Part shown: piece after piece, positions 40,174-49,682 of the stretch | Numbering within the stretch: the first letter of the stretch is position 1 | Layout: every line of letters starts with the position of its first letter | Assembly: GCA_963716255.1 (NCBI GenBank) | Contig: OY970303.1 | Location: forward strand, 4,416,001-4,480,000 | Length of the DNA stretch: 64,000 bases | Direction of reading: 5' to 3' | Source of the DNA: an uncultured Gemmatimonadales bacterium | Lineage (GTDB): Bacteria > Gemmatimonadota > Gemmatimonadetes > Longimicrobiales > Longimicrobiaceae | Made by a program: the position numbers and the translations under genes | The notes under the pieces: generated by a model | What the model was told of the DNA's origin: nothing | The model's input: only the letters and a program-made list of their open reading frames with translations | Database searches by the model: none

Positions 40174-41972
40174 GAGCCCCGCTCCCGCTCCCGCTCCCGC
40201 TCCCGCTCCTGCGGGCGGCGGCCGGGGCCGCGCTCGCCGCGGCGCTGGCCGGGTGCGCCGCGCGGAGCCCGTTCCCCGCGCGCCCGGCGCCGGAGTCGCT
40301 CCCGGAGGGCTCGCCGCTGCGCAGCGCCACCCTGGCGGAGGGAGACGCCTGGCTGCGCCACTACCTCATGGCGGGGAACCACGAGTCGGCGCTGCGGCTG
40401 CTGGACGCGGGGGCCCGCACCGCGCCCCGCGACGAGCTGGTGCGCCGGCTGCAATTGGGGCTGGTGCTTCACCAGGCGGGGCGCTTCGCGGAGAGCAACG
40501 ACGCGTTCGAGTGGGCGGAGCGGGAGGCGGAGGATCGCTTCACCCGCAGCGTGTCCCGGGCGGCGGGGTCGCTGCTGGTGAACGACGGAATGCTGGAGTA
40601 CGTCCCCTCGCGGGCGGAGCGGGGGATGATCCCCTACTACCGCATGCTCAACTACCTGGCGCTGGGCGACCGCGGCGAGGCGACGGTGGAGGCGCGCAAG
40701 GCGGGAGCGCTGCTGGACGGCCGCGAGCCGGGCGAGGGGTGCTCCGGGGCGGCGTTCCTCCCCTACTTCGCGGGGATGGTGCACCAGGCGGCGGGGGAGC
40801 GCAACGACGCGCTGGTGTCGCTGCGCCGCGCCCAGCGGGCCTTCGACGGGTGCGCGGACGAGGGGCTGGGCGCGCCGCCCACGCTGGGGCCCGACCTCCT
40901 CCGCGCCGCGATGGAGCTGGGCGTCCGCGAGGTGGCGGACTCGGCGCGGAAGCGCTACGGCATCGCCGCCGCGCCGGCGGGGCGACCGGCCGAGCTGGTG
41001 GTGCTGGTGGAGCACGGGTGGGTGGCGCATCGGGCGGGGGAGGACATCCACGTCCCCCTCTTCCCGGAGGACGTGGAGGGACTGGAGGGCGATCGGGACC
41101 GCGACGGGATCGCGGCGGCGGCGACGCGGGTGAGCGCGCGCCTCTTCCGGAACCTGGCCGAGCAGGCCGCGTACGGGTCGGAGTTCGACGGGCACCCCGC
41201 TGTCCGCTGGGCCGCGGCGCTGGGCGGCGCCCACCTGCTCAAGTTCGCGTGGCCGGTGTACCGCCTGGAGGCAAGCCGTCCCGCGGGGGTGCGGGTGCTG
41301 GTGGACGATTCCGCCGCCGTGCCGGCGTCGGTGGAGGACGTGTCTTCCGGGGTGGTGCGCGACTTCGAGGGGCGGCGGCCGCTGGTGCTCACCCGCGCGG
41401 TGGGGCGGGGGGTGATCAAGCTCCTGGCCGCGCGCGAGCTGGAGAAGAAGGCGGAGAAGGAGGGCGGCGAGGTGGCGGGATACGTGGCCGGGCGGCTGGC
41501 GAACCTGGCCGGCAACTCGCTGGAGCAGGCGGACACCCGCAGCTGGTCGCTCCTCCCGGACCGGATCTCCCTGGCGCGGCTGGCGCTGGCCCCCGGGGAG
41601 CACCGGGTGCGGATCGAGGTGCGGGGCGGGGCGGGGGAGGCGGCGGACACGCTGGACCTGGGCACCGTGACGGTCCGCCCGGGGGAAAGGACCTTCCTGA
41701 GCCGCCGCGTGTGGGGGGTGGAGGGGGGCGACCCGGAGCCGCTGCGGCGCTGGTACCGCCGGGGCTTCGGGAGGGAGTACGACCCGCGCTGGGCGGCGGA
41801 CCTGGCGGCGCCCGCGGCACGGCACGGGGAGCCGGCCGGCGCAATGCACGTGGCCGGCGCCGGGGGATCGGCCGGGGCCGGGCGCCCCGTCCCGCCGGTC
41901 TCCGGCGCGCCGGCCGCCGACCTCCCGGCGCGGGCGGCCGCGGCACCCGCCCGGACCCGCCCCGAGCCATAG
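40170..41972 (+). CDS. COG3014-like TPR lipoprotein (LpoB operon partner)
   Basis: LAGC lipobox; ESNDAFE, YYRMLNYL, EQADTRSWSLLP. Confidence 0.8.
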   Translation: MRAPLPLPLPLPLLRAAAGAALAAALAGCAARSPFPARPAPESLPEGSPLRSATLAEGDAWLRHYLMAGNHESALRLLDAGARTAPRDELVRRLQLGLVLHQAGRFAESNDAFEWAEREAEDRFTRSVSRAAGSLLVNDGMLEYVPSRAERGMIPYYRMLNYLALGDRGEATVEARKAGALLDGREPGEGCSGAAFLPYFAGMVHQAAGERNDALVSLRRAQRAFDGCADEGLGAPPTLGPDLLRAAMELGVREVADSARKRYGIAAAPAGRPAELVVLVEHGWVAHRAGEDIHVPLFPEDVEGLEGDRDRDGIAAAATRVSARLFRNLAEQAAYGSEFDGHPAVRWAAALGGAHLLKFAWPVYRLEASRPAGVRVLVDDSAAVPASVEDVSSGVVRDFEGRRPLVLTRAVGRGVIKLLAARELEKKAEKEGGEVAGYVAGRLANLAGNSLEQADTRSWSLLPDRISLARLALAPGEHRVRIEVRGGAGEAADTLDLGTVTVRPGERTFLSRRVWGVEGGDPEPLRRWYRRGFGREYDPRWAADLAAPAARHGEPAGAMHVAGAGGSAGAGRPVPPVSGAPAADLPARAAAAPARTRPEP

Positions 41973-42075
41973 ACGCGGCTCCCCGGGCGGACGGGCATCC
42001 CCGGAACGAGAGCGCCCCCCCGGCCGCGTGGCCGGGGGGGCGCTCCGTCGCGGGGGAGGCGTGGGCCCCCTCCGC

Positions 42076-42225
42076 TCACATCCCGCTGAATGGGGTGAAC
42101 AGCTTGACCATGATGATCGGGACGCCGGGAATGGCGAGGATCCCGATGATCCAGAGGATGATCTCCCAGGTCGCGTATTCGTCCTGCGGGGGGTCCGCGT
42201 CCTGACGGATGTCGATGTCAGCCAT
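42076..42225 (-). CDS. Small single-pass membrane protein (49 aa)
   Basis: MADIDIRQDADPPQDEYATWEIILWIIGILAIPGVPIIMVKLFTPFSGM; GC3-rich codons. Confidence 0.65.
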   Translation of the reverse strand: MADIDIRQDADPPQDEYATWEIILWIIGILAIPGVPIIMVKLFTPFSGM

Positions 42226-42293
42226 GGTTCGCTCTCGGGTGTCGCTTCTGCACGGTGGATCGCCCGCCGGCCGCGGGACCGACGCAAATGATA

Positions 42294-44501
42294 TCAGCCG
42301 TCCGCGGGCATGTCCAGCAGGACGGCCTCTGCCGGGGCGGGCGCCGCCTCCCCGGCGTGGTGGAACCCGCGCCCCTCGCCGGCCAGCCGCTGCACGAGCG
42401 GTGCCGGCCGGAAGCGCCCGCCGGAGCGGCGGGCGAGCTCCTCCAGCCCGGAGTGCACCGCCGCGATCCCCAGGCGGTCGGCGTAGAAGAGCAGCCCTCC
42501 CTCCGCCGCGGGGAAGCCCAGCCCCAGCAGCGTGGCCAGGTCCACCTCCGCCGCCGTGGCGACCACCCCTTCCTCCAGCGCGTGGGCCGCCTCGTTCACC
42601 AGGGCGAGGAGCATGCGCGAGCACATCTCCGCGGGCGCGGGCTCGGCGCCGCCCGGCCGCGCCATGCCGCGCAGCGCCTCTGCCGCCCCGGGGGAAAGGT
42701 GCGGCTCCCCGGCGCGGTCGTAGCGGAACAGGGCGAACCCCTGGGCGCCCCGCGCACGCTCCCGGCCGGCGAGGGTGGCGAGGAGAGGGGTGGGGCGCAT
42801 GCGCTCCCCCAGCTCCGCGGCGAGGAAGCGGGACAGCCGGGCGACGCGCGCGATCCCCAGCTCGTCCGCGAGGCGCAGCGGCCCCATCGCCATCCCGAAC
42901 GAGGTCATCGCGCCGTCCACCCGCGCCACGGCGGCGCCCTCCTCCAGCAGGCGGAGCGCTTCGTCCACCAGGCGGAGCTGCAGGCGGCCCACCAGGAGCC
43001 CGGGGCTGTCGCGCACCTGGAGCGGGATCTTTTTCAGGCGCCGCGCCAGCGCGGTGGCGGCGGCCGCGGTGTCGTCGGAGGTGGCGTCGCCGCGGACCAC
43101 CTCCACCAGGGCGCCCCACGCGACCGGCGCGGCGAAGTGCATCCCTACCACCTGCTCCGGGCGCGCGCACCCTTCCTGCACCCGCGACACCCGCGCCGCC
43201 GCGCCCGTGGTGACGAGCAGGCAGCCGCTCCGCACGTGCTCTTCCGCCTCGCGGAGGACGGCGCGCCTGCGCTCGTCGTCGTCGGGGACGGCCTCCAGCA
43301 CCACGTCCACCGTCCCGAACCCGCCGAAGCCCAGCGTTCCGACCACCGCCGGCACGCGCGCCTCCGCCTCGGCGGCGGGGAGCCGGTCCTGCCTCACGCC
43401 CTCGCGGAACAGGGCGCGCAGCCGCTCCAGCCCCGTCAGCAGCGCGGCGTGGCGGGTCTCGCGCAGTCGCACCGGGATCCCGGCGGCGGCCAGGAGGTAG
43501 GCGACGCCCGTCCCCGTGCGCCCGGCGCCGAGCACCGCGGCCCGCTGGATCCCGGATGCGGCTTCCGCCGTGTCTTCCCCGCGCGCGGCCTGCCGCAGCG
43601 CGAAGGCGTGCAGCAGCCCGCGCGCCTCGCGGCTCGCCAGCAGCTCGCCGAGCGCCTCGGCCTCGCGCTCGAAGGCGCGGTCCAGGGGGAGCGCGAGCCC
43701 GTCGGCGACGACCTCCAGCGCCCGGCGGGCCGCGGGGCTGCCGGCCCCGGCGCGCGCGAGCTCGCGCCGCATGCGGGCGAAGACCACCCGGCGCCCCGGC
43801 GCGGTGTCCTCCACCAGGCGCCGCGCGACGCCGCGGCGGGCGCCGGTGCGCTGCCGCCCGCGCCGGAGCCGCTCCGCCACGAAGCGCCGCACGGCCGCGC
43901 CGAAGTCGTCGGCGGGGAGCACGGCGTCCACCAGCCCCAGCCGCTCCGCCTCGCGGGCGCTCACGGTGCTCCCCGTGACGATGAGGCCGAGCGCGTCGCG
44001 CACGCCGATGAGCCGGGGGAGGCGGACCGTTCCTCCCAGCGCGGGGACCAGGCCCAGCTTCACCTCGGGGAGGCCGATGCGGGTGCGCGGGGAGGCGGAG
44101 GCCAGCCGGTACGAGCAGGCGAGCGCCAGCTCGGCGCCCGCCCCCAGGCACGCACCGTCCAGCGCGGCGAAGGTGGGGACGGCGAGCTGCTCCAGCCGGC
44201 GGAGGACGGCCTGGCCGCGGCGGGCGTGGGCCGCCCCCTCCGCGGCGTCGCGGACGCTCCGCAGCTCCTCCAGGTCCACTCCCGCCACGAACACGCCGGG
44301 CCTGGCGCTGCGCAGCACCAGCGCGCGCACGCGCCCCTCGCCCGCCAGCCGCCCGGCCTCGGCGAGGAGGCCGTCCAGCGCCTCCAGGCTGGCATGCGAC
44401 AGGAAGTTGGCGCGGCTCCCCGGCCGGTCGAAGACCAGCGAGGCGACGTCCTCCTCCAGCTCCAGCCGGAGCGCGTCGGCCCCGGCGTGCGCGGTGTCCA
44501 C
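42294..44501 (-). CDS. fadJ: Fatty acid oxidation complex alpha subunit (enoyl-CoA hydratase / 3-hydroxyacyl-CoA dehydrogenase)
   Basis: FVAGVDL, GAGAELALAC, GLPEVKLG, GGTVRLPRL, AVLGAG, GMHF, MGPLRLADELG. Confidence 0.85.
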   Translation of the reverse strand: MDTAHAGADALRLELEEDVASLVFDRPGSRANFLSHASLEALDGLLAEAGRLAGEGRVRALVLRSARPGVFVAGVDLEELRSVRDAAEGAAHARRGQAVLRRLEQLAVPTFAALDGACLGAGAELALACSYRLASASPRTRIGLPEVKLGLVPALGGTVRLPRLIGVRDALGLIVTGSTVSAREAERLGLVDAVLPADDFGAAVRRFVAERLRRGRQRTGARRGVARRLVEDTAPGRRVVFARMRRELARAGAGSPAARRALEVVADGLALPLDRAFEREAEALGELLASREARGLLHAFALRQAARGEDTAEAASGIQRAAVLGAGRTGTGVAYLLAAAGIPVRLRETRHAALLTGLERLRALFREGVRQDRLPAAEAEARVPAVVGTLGFGGFGTVDVVLEAVPDDDERRRAVLREAEEHVRSGCLLVTTGAAARVSRVQEGCARPEQVVGMHFAAPVAWGALVEVVRGDATSDDTAAAATALARRLKKIPLQVRDSPGLLVGRLQLRLVDEALRLLEEGAAVARVDGAMTSFGMAMGPLRLADELGIARVARLSRFLAAELGERMRPTPLLATLAGRERARGAQGFALFRYDRAGEPHLSPGAAEALRGMARPGGAEPAPAEMCSRMLLALVNEAAHALEEGVVATAAEVDLATLLGLGFPAAEGGLLFYADRLGIAAVHSGLEELARRSGGRFRPAPLVQRLAGEGRGFHHAGEAAPAPAEAVLLDMPADG

Positions 44502-44512
44502 GGGGGGATGGC

Positions 44513-45115
44513 TCAGCCGCGGGCCAGGCCGCGGAAGAAGTGCGCGGCCACCTGCGGCGCGGTGGGGACGAGCGGGCGGGAGTGGTCGCCGAGCAGCCAT
44601 TCCAGCTCGATCTCCTCGATGGCGCCGATCAGCATGCGGCGGGCGAGGGGAACGTCCACGTCGTCGCGGATGGCCCCCTGGCCGCGTCCGCTCTCCAGCA
44701 GGTCGTCGATGGCGGCGGCGTAGGAGCGGAGCACGTCGCGCACGGCGCCGCCGTAGAACTTGCTGGACTGCCGCGACTCCAGCAGGAGCACGGTGGCGAG
44801 GGCCGGCTGCGCCTCGATGCTCTCGAACTGCATGCGGATGAAGGAGGCGAGCCGCTCGTGGAAGGGCGCCTCGGCGCGCAGCACGTCGCGCACCGATTCG
44901 CAGAACTCGTTGACGCGCTCGCGGAAGGCGGTGAGCAGCAGGTCGTCCTTGCCGCCGAAGTACAGGTAGATGGTGCCCTCCGCGACGCCCGCCCCGGCGG
45001 CGATGTCGCTGATGCGCGCGGCGAAGTAGCCGTGGTCGGCGAACTCGCGCACCGCGGACGCCAGGATCTCCCTGCGGCGGGCCTCGCGCTGACCGGTGAG
45101 TGAGGGCTCATTCAT
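44513..45115 (-). CDS. TetR family regulator (FadR/YsiA-like)
   Basis: ILASAVREFADHGY...IAAGAGVAEGTIYLYF..KDDLL. Confidence 0.93.
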   Translation of the reverse strand: MNEPSLTGQREARRREILASAVREFADHGYFAARISDIAAGAGVAEGTIYLYFGGKDDLLLTAFRERVNEFCESVRDVLRAEAPFHERLASFIRMQFESIEAQPALATVLLLESRQSSKFYGGAVRDVLRSYAAAIDDLLESGRGQGAIRDDVDVPLARRMLIGAIEEIELEWLLGDHSRPLVPTAPQVAAHFFRGLARG

Positions 45116-45222
45116 AACCCAATGATACGCCACGCCCTCCGCGAGCGGCAAGGCCGGGCGGCCCCAAACGACACCGGCCCGCGGAGATCCATTCCGCGGG
45201 CCGGTGTCGTTCGCGAGGAGTC

Positions 45223-45351
45223 GCGTGAGGGATTTCGGCCCGAAGGGGCGAGACCGCGCGGCTGTTTGCGCGGGCTCGACTCCGTTACGCAGCGTTGTTT
45301 GCTGCTTTACGGAGCCGAAGCCCGACCCCGGCGCCAGCCGGGGGCACGCCC
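45223..45351 (+). repeat. Structured repeat family 1, copy 4
   Basis: 129 bp; preceded by a separate hairpin at about 45167-45211. Confidence 0.95.
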
Positions 45352-45371
45352 AACCCCGCCGTCGAAAGCCG

Positions 45372-48300
45372 TCAGAACCCCGGCTGCACCCCGAACTGCC
45401 AGTGCCACCCACGATCCCGCTCGAAGCCGTTCACGTAGTCGATCTCCAGGATCAGGTACCCGAAGACGTTGATGCGCCCGCCGACCCCCGCGCTGGTCAG
45501 GATCCCGCGCCGGCTGGTGTCCTCGAAGAGGCCGCGCTCGAACACGACCTCGGAGTCCTGGTCCCACGCGGTGCCGGCGTCGAAGAAGGCGATCCCCTCG
45601 ATGGGCGGCAGCCCGAACGAGGAGCCCAGCACGATCTGCCGGATCAGCGGGAAGCGCAGCTCGGCGTTGACCACCGCCACCCGGCTGCCGAAGAGCCGCT
45701 CCGCCACGTCGCAGTCGCTGTCGTTCTCGAAGTTGCCGCCGGTGCACCGGCTGTACGCGTCGTAGTAGCCGCGCATCAGGTAGCCCTGGCCCAGGTACAG
45801 GTCCTGGAAGAGCCGCCCGCCCTCGCCGTCGGTCTCCGCGTTCTTGCCGTAGCGCCCGAAGTGCAGCCCGCGCACCGCGAAGGTGAAGGGGCGCAGGAAG
45901 AAGTAGCGGCGGTAGTCGGCCAGCGCCTGCATGAACTGCACGGTGCCCACCGTGGGCGTGACCTCGAAGCGGTAGCGCTGCCCGGCGAAGGGCGAGGTGT
46001 ACCCGGTGAGCGAGTTGTCGTACACCAGCGCCGCCGAGCCCTCCACCAAGTTGTACGCGGCCTCGTAGCGCGGGTCGTCGAACTCCTTGTACTCGGTGGG
46101 GCCGGTGATGACGGGCTGGCCGTTCTGGATCTCGAAGGGCGCGCTGATCTCCTGCACCTGGGCGTCCTGCGAGATGCGCCGCGCGCCCAGCGCGAACTCG
46201 GCCCGCTGCACCTGCGAGAAGGGGTACTGCGCCAGCCCCTGGATGCTGGTGTCGAAGTAGCGGAAGCGGATGAGCTGCTCCTTGACCCGCATGTCCGTCT
46301 GGTCGTAGCCGCCCGCCCGACCCAGGCCGATGTAGGGAAGGCGCTGCGCCGCGGCGCCGTAGTTCCAGCGGTGCTTGCGGTACAGGTAGACGGTGCTGAA
46401 GCCGATCTCGTCCAGCTGCCCCTGCGCCTGCACCGAGCCGAACACGGTGTGGTAGCCCAGCACGTCGCTGAAGATGCCGGCGATGCCGCCGTACACGCCG
46501 CCCCGCGCGAAGGCGCTCCCGGTGGAGACGCCCACCTGCGGCTGCCCCAGGTAGTCCAGCGACAGCCGCGCGCCGTACCCGTCCGTGGCCCACGCGGCGT
46601 CCTCCGGGGGGAGGCCGGTGCTCTTGTCGGACAGGAGCGCGCTCACCCGGTTGAACGCGGACTCGGTGGGCCGCGGGACGGGCGGCAGGAACGCCGCCAG
46701 CGGGGCGAGCTGCCGCGACGCCCCCGCGGAGTCCACCACGGCCACGCCCGCCAGCTCGCGCGGCTCGGTGAGCGAGTAGATGTTGTAGCCACCCCGCTCG
46801 AAGGCGGTGAACAGCAGCCGGTTGCCGGTGCGCGCGGTGGAGATCGCCGGGCTCAGGTCGGTGATCCCGCTGGCGCCGGTGAACAGGTCGGTCACGCGGC
46901 TGAGCGCGCCGGTGGCCAGCTCCACGCGGTAGATGTTGGAGATGCCGGTGCGGTTGGAGATGAAGAACAGGGAGCGCCCGTCGCTGGACCACGCGGGGTT
47001 GATGTTCTTCCCCCAGCTGCCGCCCGCCTGCTCCGCCTCGGTGGGCGACTGCATGGCCGGGGCGGGGCGGATCTCGCTGGTGGCGACGTCCATCAGCGCG
47101 ATGCGGTAGGTGCCGTATTCCAGCCGGTCCAGGTCGGTGCCCTCGCCCCGGTCGGTCACGAAGGCGATGGTGCGGCCGTCCGGAGAGAAGGCCGGCTGCA
47201 TGTCCGCGTAGCGGTCGTTGGTGAGCTGCCGGGCGGTCCCGGTGCTCACGTCCAGGGCGTACAGGTCGGTCAGCCCGCCCTTGGTCCCAGAGAACACGAT
47301 GGTGCGCCCGTCCGGCGACCAGGTGGGGTTGGTGATCTCGCTGACCCCCGGGACGCCGTACTCGCGCTGGCGGTCGGCCCCCGGGACGCTGATGATCACC
47401 AGCACGTCCGCGCCCCTGCGCAGCGCCGAGAAGGCGAAGCGGTCGCCGCCGGGCGCCCAGGTGCCGGCGGAGTTGATGTAGCGCAGGCTCCCGAAGTGCG
47501 CGTCGAAGGCGGTGCCGCGCTGCAGGCGCTTGATCACCTCGCCGGTCTCGGCGTCGGCCAGGTACAGCTCCACGTCCAGGAAGTCCAGCTCGGACAGGAA
47601 GGCCACGTAGCGGCCGTCCGGCGAGACGGCGGGGGCCAGGTTGACCTGCCCCCCCTCGCGCTTCTGGGTGATCAGCGGCCGGGCGATCTCGCGCGCCTCC
47701 TTGCGCTCGTTGAGGAGCGGGAGGTAGGCGCGGCGGATGGAGGTGTGCCAGTCCTCGGAGATCTCTTCCAGGTCGGTGTTGAGGATGCGCTCGAAGGCTT
47801 CCTCGTACGGCACGCCCTGGCCCACCTGCTTGAGGATCTGCCCCACCACGGCGTCGCCCCAGCGCCCGCCGACGTACGCCCAGAACGCCTGCCCCCAGCG
47901 GTAGGGGAAGTAGCGCGGGCTGTACGTCATCTGCTCGACGGTGGGGATGTCGCCGGTGAGGGCGGCGTCGCGCACCCACATGGCCGTGTGCGGGTCCACG
48001 GGGCCCACCGACAGGTACTCGGCCATTCCCTCCGTGAACCAGAGCGGGACGCTGAGCCGCCGCGCCGCCGCCTCCAGCCCGCCCGCGCCGCCGCGCCCGA
48101 AGCCGGCGATGTCGTACTGGAAGGCGTGCACCATCTCGTGGCCCAGGACGTGGTCCGTCTCTTCGTACGACCCGGCCAGCGGCAGCACCACGCGCCGCTT
48201 GAACGCTTCCGTGAACCCGCCCGTCCCCTCGCTGATCTCGCTTCCGGTGGTGACCGTCTGCTGGAACTCGGGGTGGCTGGCGTACAGCACCAGCGGCTGC

Positions 48301-48572
48301 TTGTTCTCGAAGCGGTGGTCGATGATCCGGGAGAGGCGCGAGTACCATCGCTCCGCCATGCGGGCGGCGTCGCGGGTGGCGACCTGCTCCGACGGGTAGT
48401 AGTAGACGTCGAAGTTCTCCGTCCGGAGCACCTGGAAGTCGAAGGTCTCGTACTGGACCTTGTTCCTCCCGAAGTACTGGGCCGACAGGGACGTGTCGTG
48501 GACCGCGACCGCCGCCAGCGCGAGCACGAAGGGGGTGAGGAGGCGGGTCGCGGGGGATCGGGAAGCGGTCAT
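45372..48572 (-). CDS. Peptidase MA-like + TolB/PD40 propeller + Omp85/BamA barrel protein
   Basis: AQYFGRNKVQY, HEMVH, WFTEGMAEY, repeated P-x-(W/F)SPDG, NAELRFP, C-terminal Phe. Confidence 0.88.
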   Translation of the reverse strand: MTASRSPATRLLTPFVLALAAVAVHDTSLSAQYFGRNKVQYETFDFQVLRTENFDVYYYPSEQVATRDAARMAERWYSRLSRIIDHRFENKQPLVLYASHPEFQQTVTTGSEISEGTGGFTEAFKRRVVLPLAGSYEETDHVLGHEMVHAFQYDIAGFGRGGAGGLEAAARRLSVPLWFTEGMAEYLSVGPVDPHTAMWVRDAALTGDIPTVEQMTYSPRYFPYRWGQAFWAYVGGRWGDAVVGQILKQVGQGVPYEEAFERILNTDLEEISEDWHTSIRRAYLPLLNERKEAREIARPLITQKREGGQVNLAPAVSPDGRYVAFLSELDFLDVELYLADAETGEVIKRLQRGTAFDAHFGSLRYINSAGTWAPGGDRFAFSALRRGADVLVIISVPGADRQREYGVPGVSEITNPTWSPDGRTIVFSGTKGGLTDLYALDVSTGTARQLTNDRYADMQPAFSPDGRTIAFVTDRGEGTDLDRLEYGTYRIALMDVATSEIRPAPAMQSPTEAEQAGGSWGKNINPAWSSDGRSLFFISNRTGISNIYRVELATGALSRVTDLFTGASGITDLSPAISTARTGNRLLFTAFERGGYNIYSLTEPRELAGVAVVDSAGASRQLAPLAAFLPPVPRPTESAFNRVSALLSDKSTGLPPEDAAWATDGYGARLSLDYLGQPQVGVSTGSAFARGGVYGGIAGIFSDVLGYHTVFGSVQAQGQLDEIGFSTVYLYRKHRWNYGAAAQRLPYIGLGRAGGYDQTDMRVKEQLIRFRYFDTSIQGLAQYPFSQVQRAEFALGARRISQDAQVQEISAPFEIQNGQPVITGPTEYKEFDDPRYEAAYNLVEGSAALVYDNSLTGYTSPFAGQRYRFEVTPTVGTVQFMQALADYRRYFFLRPFTFAVRGLHFGRYGKNAETDGEGGRLFQDLYLGQGYLMRGYYDAYSRCTGGNFENDSDCDVAERLFGSRVAVVNAELRFPLIRQIVLGSSFGLPPIEGIAFFDAGTAWDQDSEVVFERGLFEDTSRRGILTSAGVGGRINVFGYLILEIDYVNGFERDRGWHWQFGVQPGF

Positions 48573-49039
48573 GGGTCCTCTGCCGTCCGGGATGGGGTTC
48601 CTGGGGACTCCGTCGTCGTGGCTTTCCTGCAACATCCTTGGCGCGGCCCGCTCGCGCCAGGGCGAGCGGGGCCGCAGCCGTCCGTACGTGCGTTCTCGTG
48701 GCCGTGAGCTGCGGGGCGGCCCGGACGGGAGCCGGTCGCCGGGACCGGCTGCTCCAGGAAGAGCCGCAGCGACATCGCCGTCGGACCGGAAGGGGACGGG
48801 CCCACACGGCCCCCGCGCGAGGCGGGGCCGGGGTGCGTCCGCGCGCCCGTCGGTTGTTTCGGTGCCCTGCCCGGGAAATCGCAAGGATCGCGCCCGGTCC
48901 GGGGTCCTCCGCACAACCTTTGCCGCAGGCTGGAATTCTCCCCCGCGCGCGGAGGTGGTCCGCGCCTTGCTCCGCTCCAGCGGACCCCAGGAGTGTTGCG
49001 GCGCGGGACAGCGCCGACGGAACCAGGTGCGTGGAGCGT

Positions 49040-49585
49040 GTGGTGGAGCAGACCGACGACGTCCGGCGGACCCCGGTGGACCGCGAGGAGAGCGCGAGCC
49101 GCGCGCTGAACGCGTACCGGGAGCGCAGGCGCAGGCGCCGCGCCGAGGACACCTACTTCGGCAGCTCGGACTGCCTGCTCTCCAAGACGGAGCGCGCGGG
49201 CGGCGAGGCGGACATCACCAGCCGCCGCGTGGAGATCATGGAGGCGGCGCAGCAGAGCGGGATGCCGCCGGAGCTGGCCGAGCTTCTCTACGACGTGGCC
49301 CGCGACGAGGGGCTGGACCCGGCGCTGGGATACGAGCTGGTGCGGTGCGGGCTGGGCGTGTGCCCGCCGGACGACGGACTTTCCAACGCGCCCACTCAGC
49401 CCACCACGGACAAGTATCTCCCGGAGTGGCTGGACCCGGCCGTCCCGCCGGACGCGCTCCTCCGGGAGCGGATGCTGCGCCTTTCCTTCCGGCGGCTCCT
49501 GTCGCTGCTGGAGCGGAACGAGGAGGTGGACGACGCCTTCCGCGCCTTCGCGCGGGAGCCCGACGTGGGCTACATGGGCTACTAG
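49040..49585 (+). CDS. Hypothetical protein; start uncertain
   Basis: GC3-biased C-terminal part of ORF 48638..49585; GGAG before GTG. Confidence 0.65.
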   Translation: MVEQTDDVRRTPVDREESASRALNAYRERRRRRRAEDTYFGSSDCLLSKTERAGGEADITSRRVEIMEAAQQSGMPPELAELLYDVARDEGLDPALGYELVRCGLGVCPPDDGLSNAPTQPTTDKYLPEWLDPAVPPDALLRERMLRLSFRRLLSLLERNEEVDDAFRAFAREPDVGYMGY

Positions 49586-49682
49586 GCGCCCGCGCGGGAG
49601 GCGTCCCTGGCGCAGCCGGGGCGCGGGACCGAAATTGGTGTACCGCGCGGTCCACGCGCAGGATCCATTTGAGGAGACAGCC

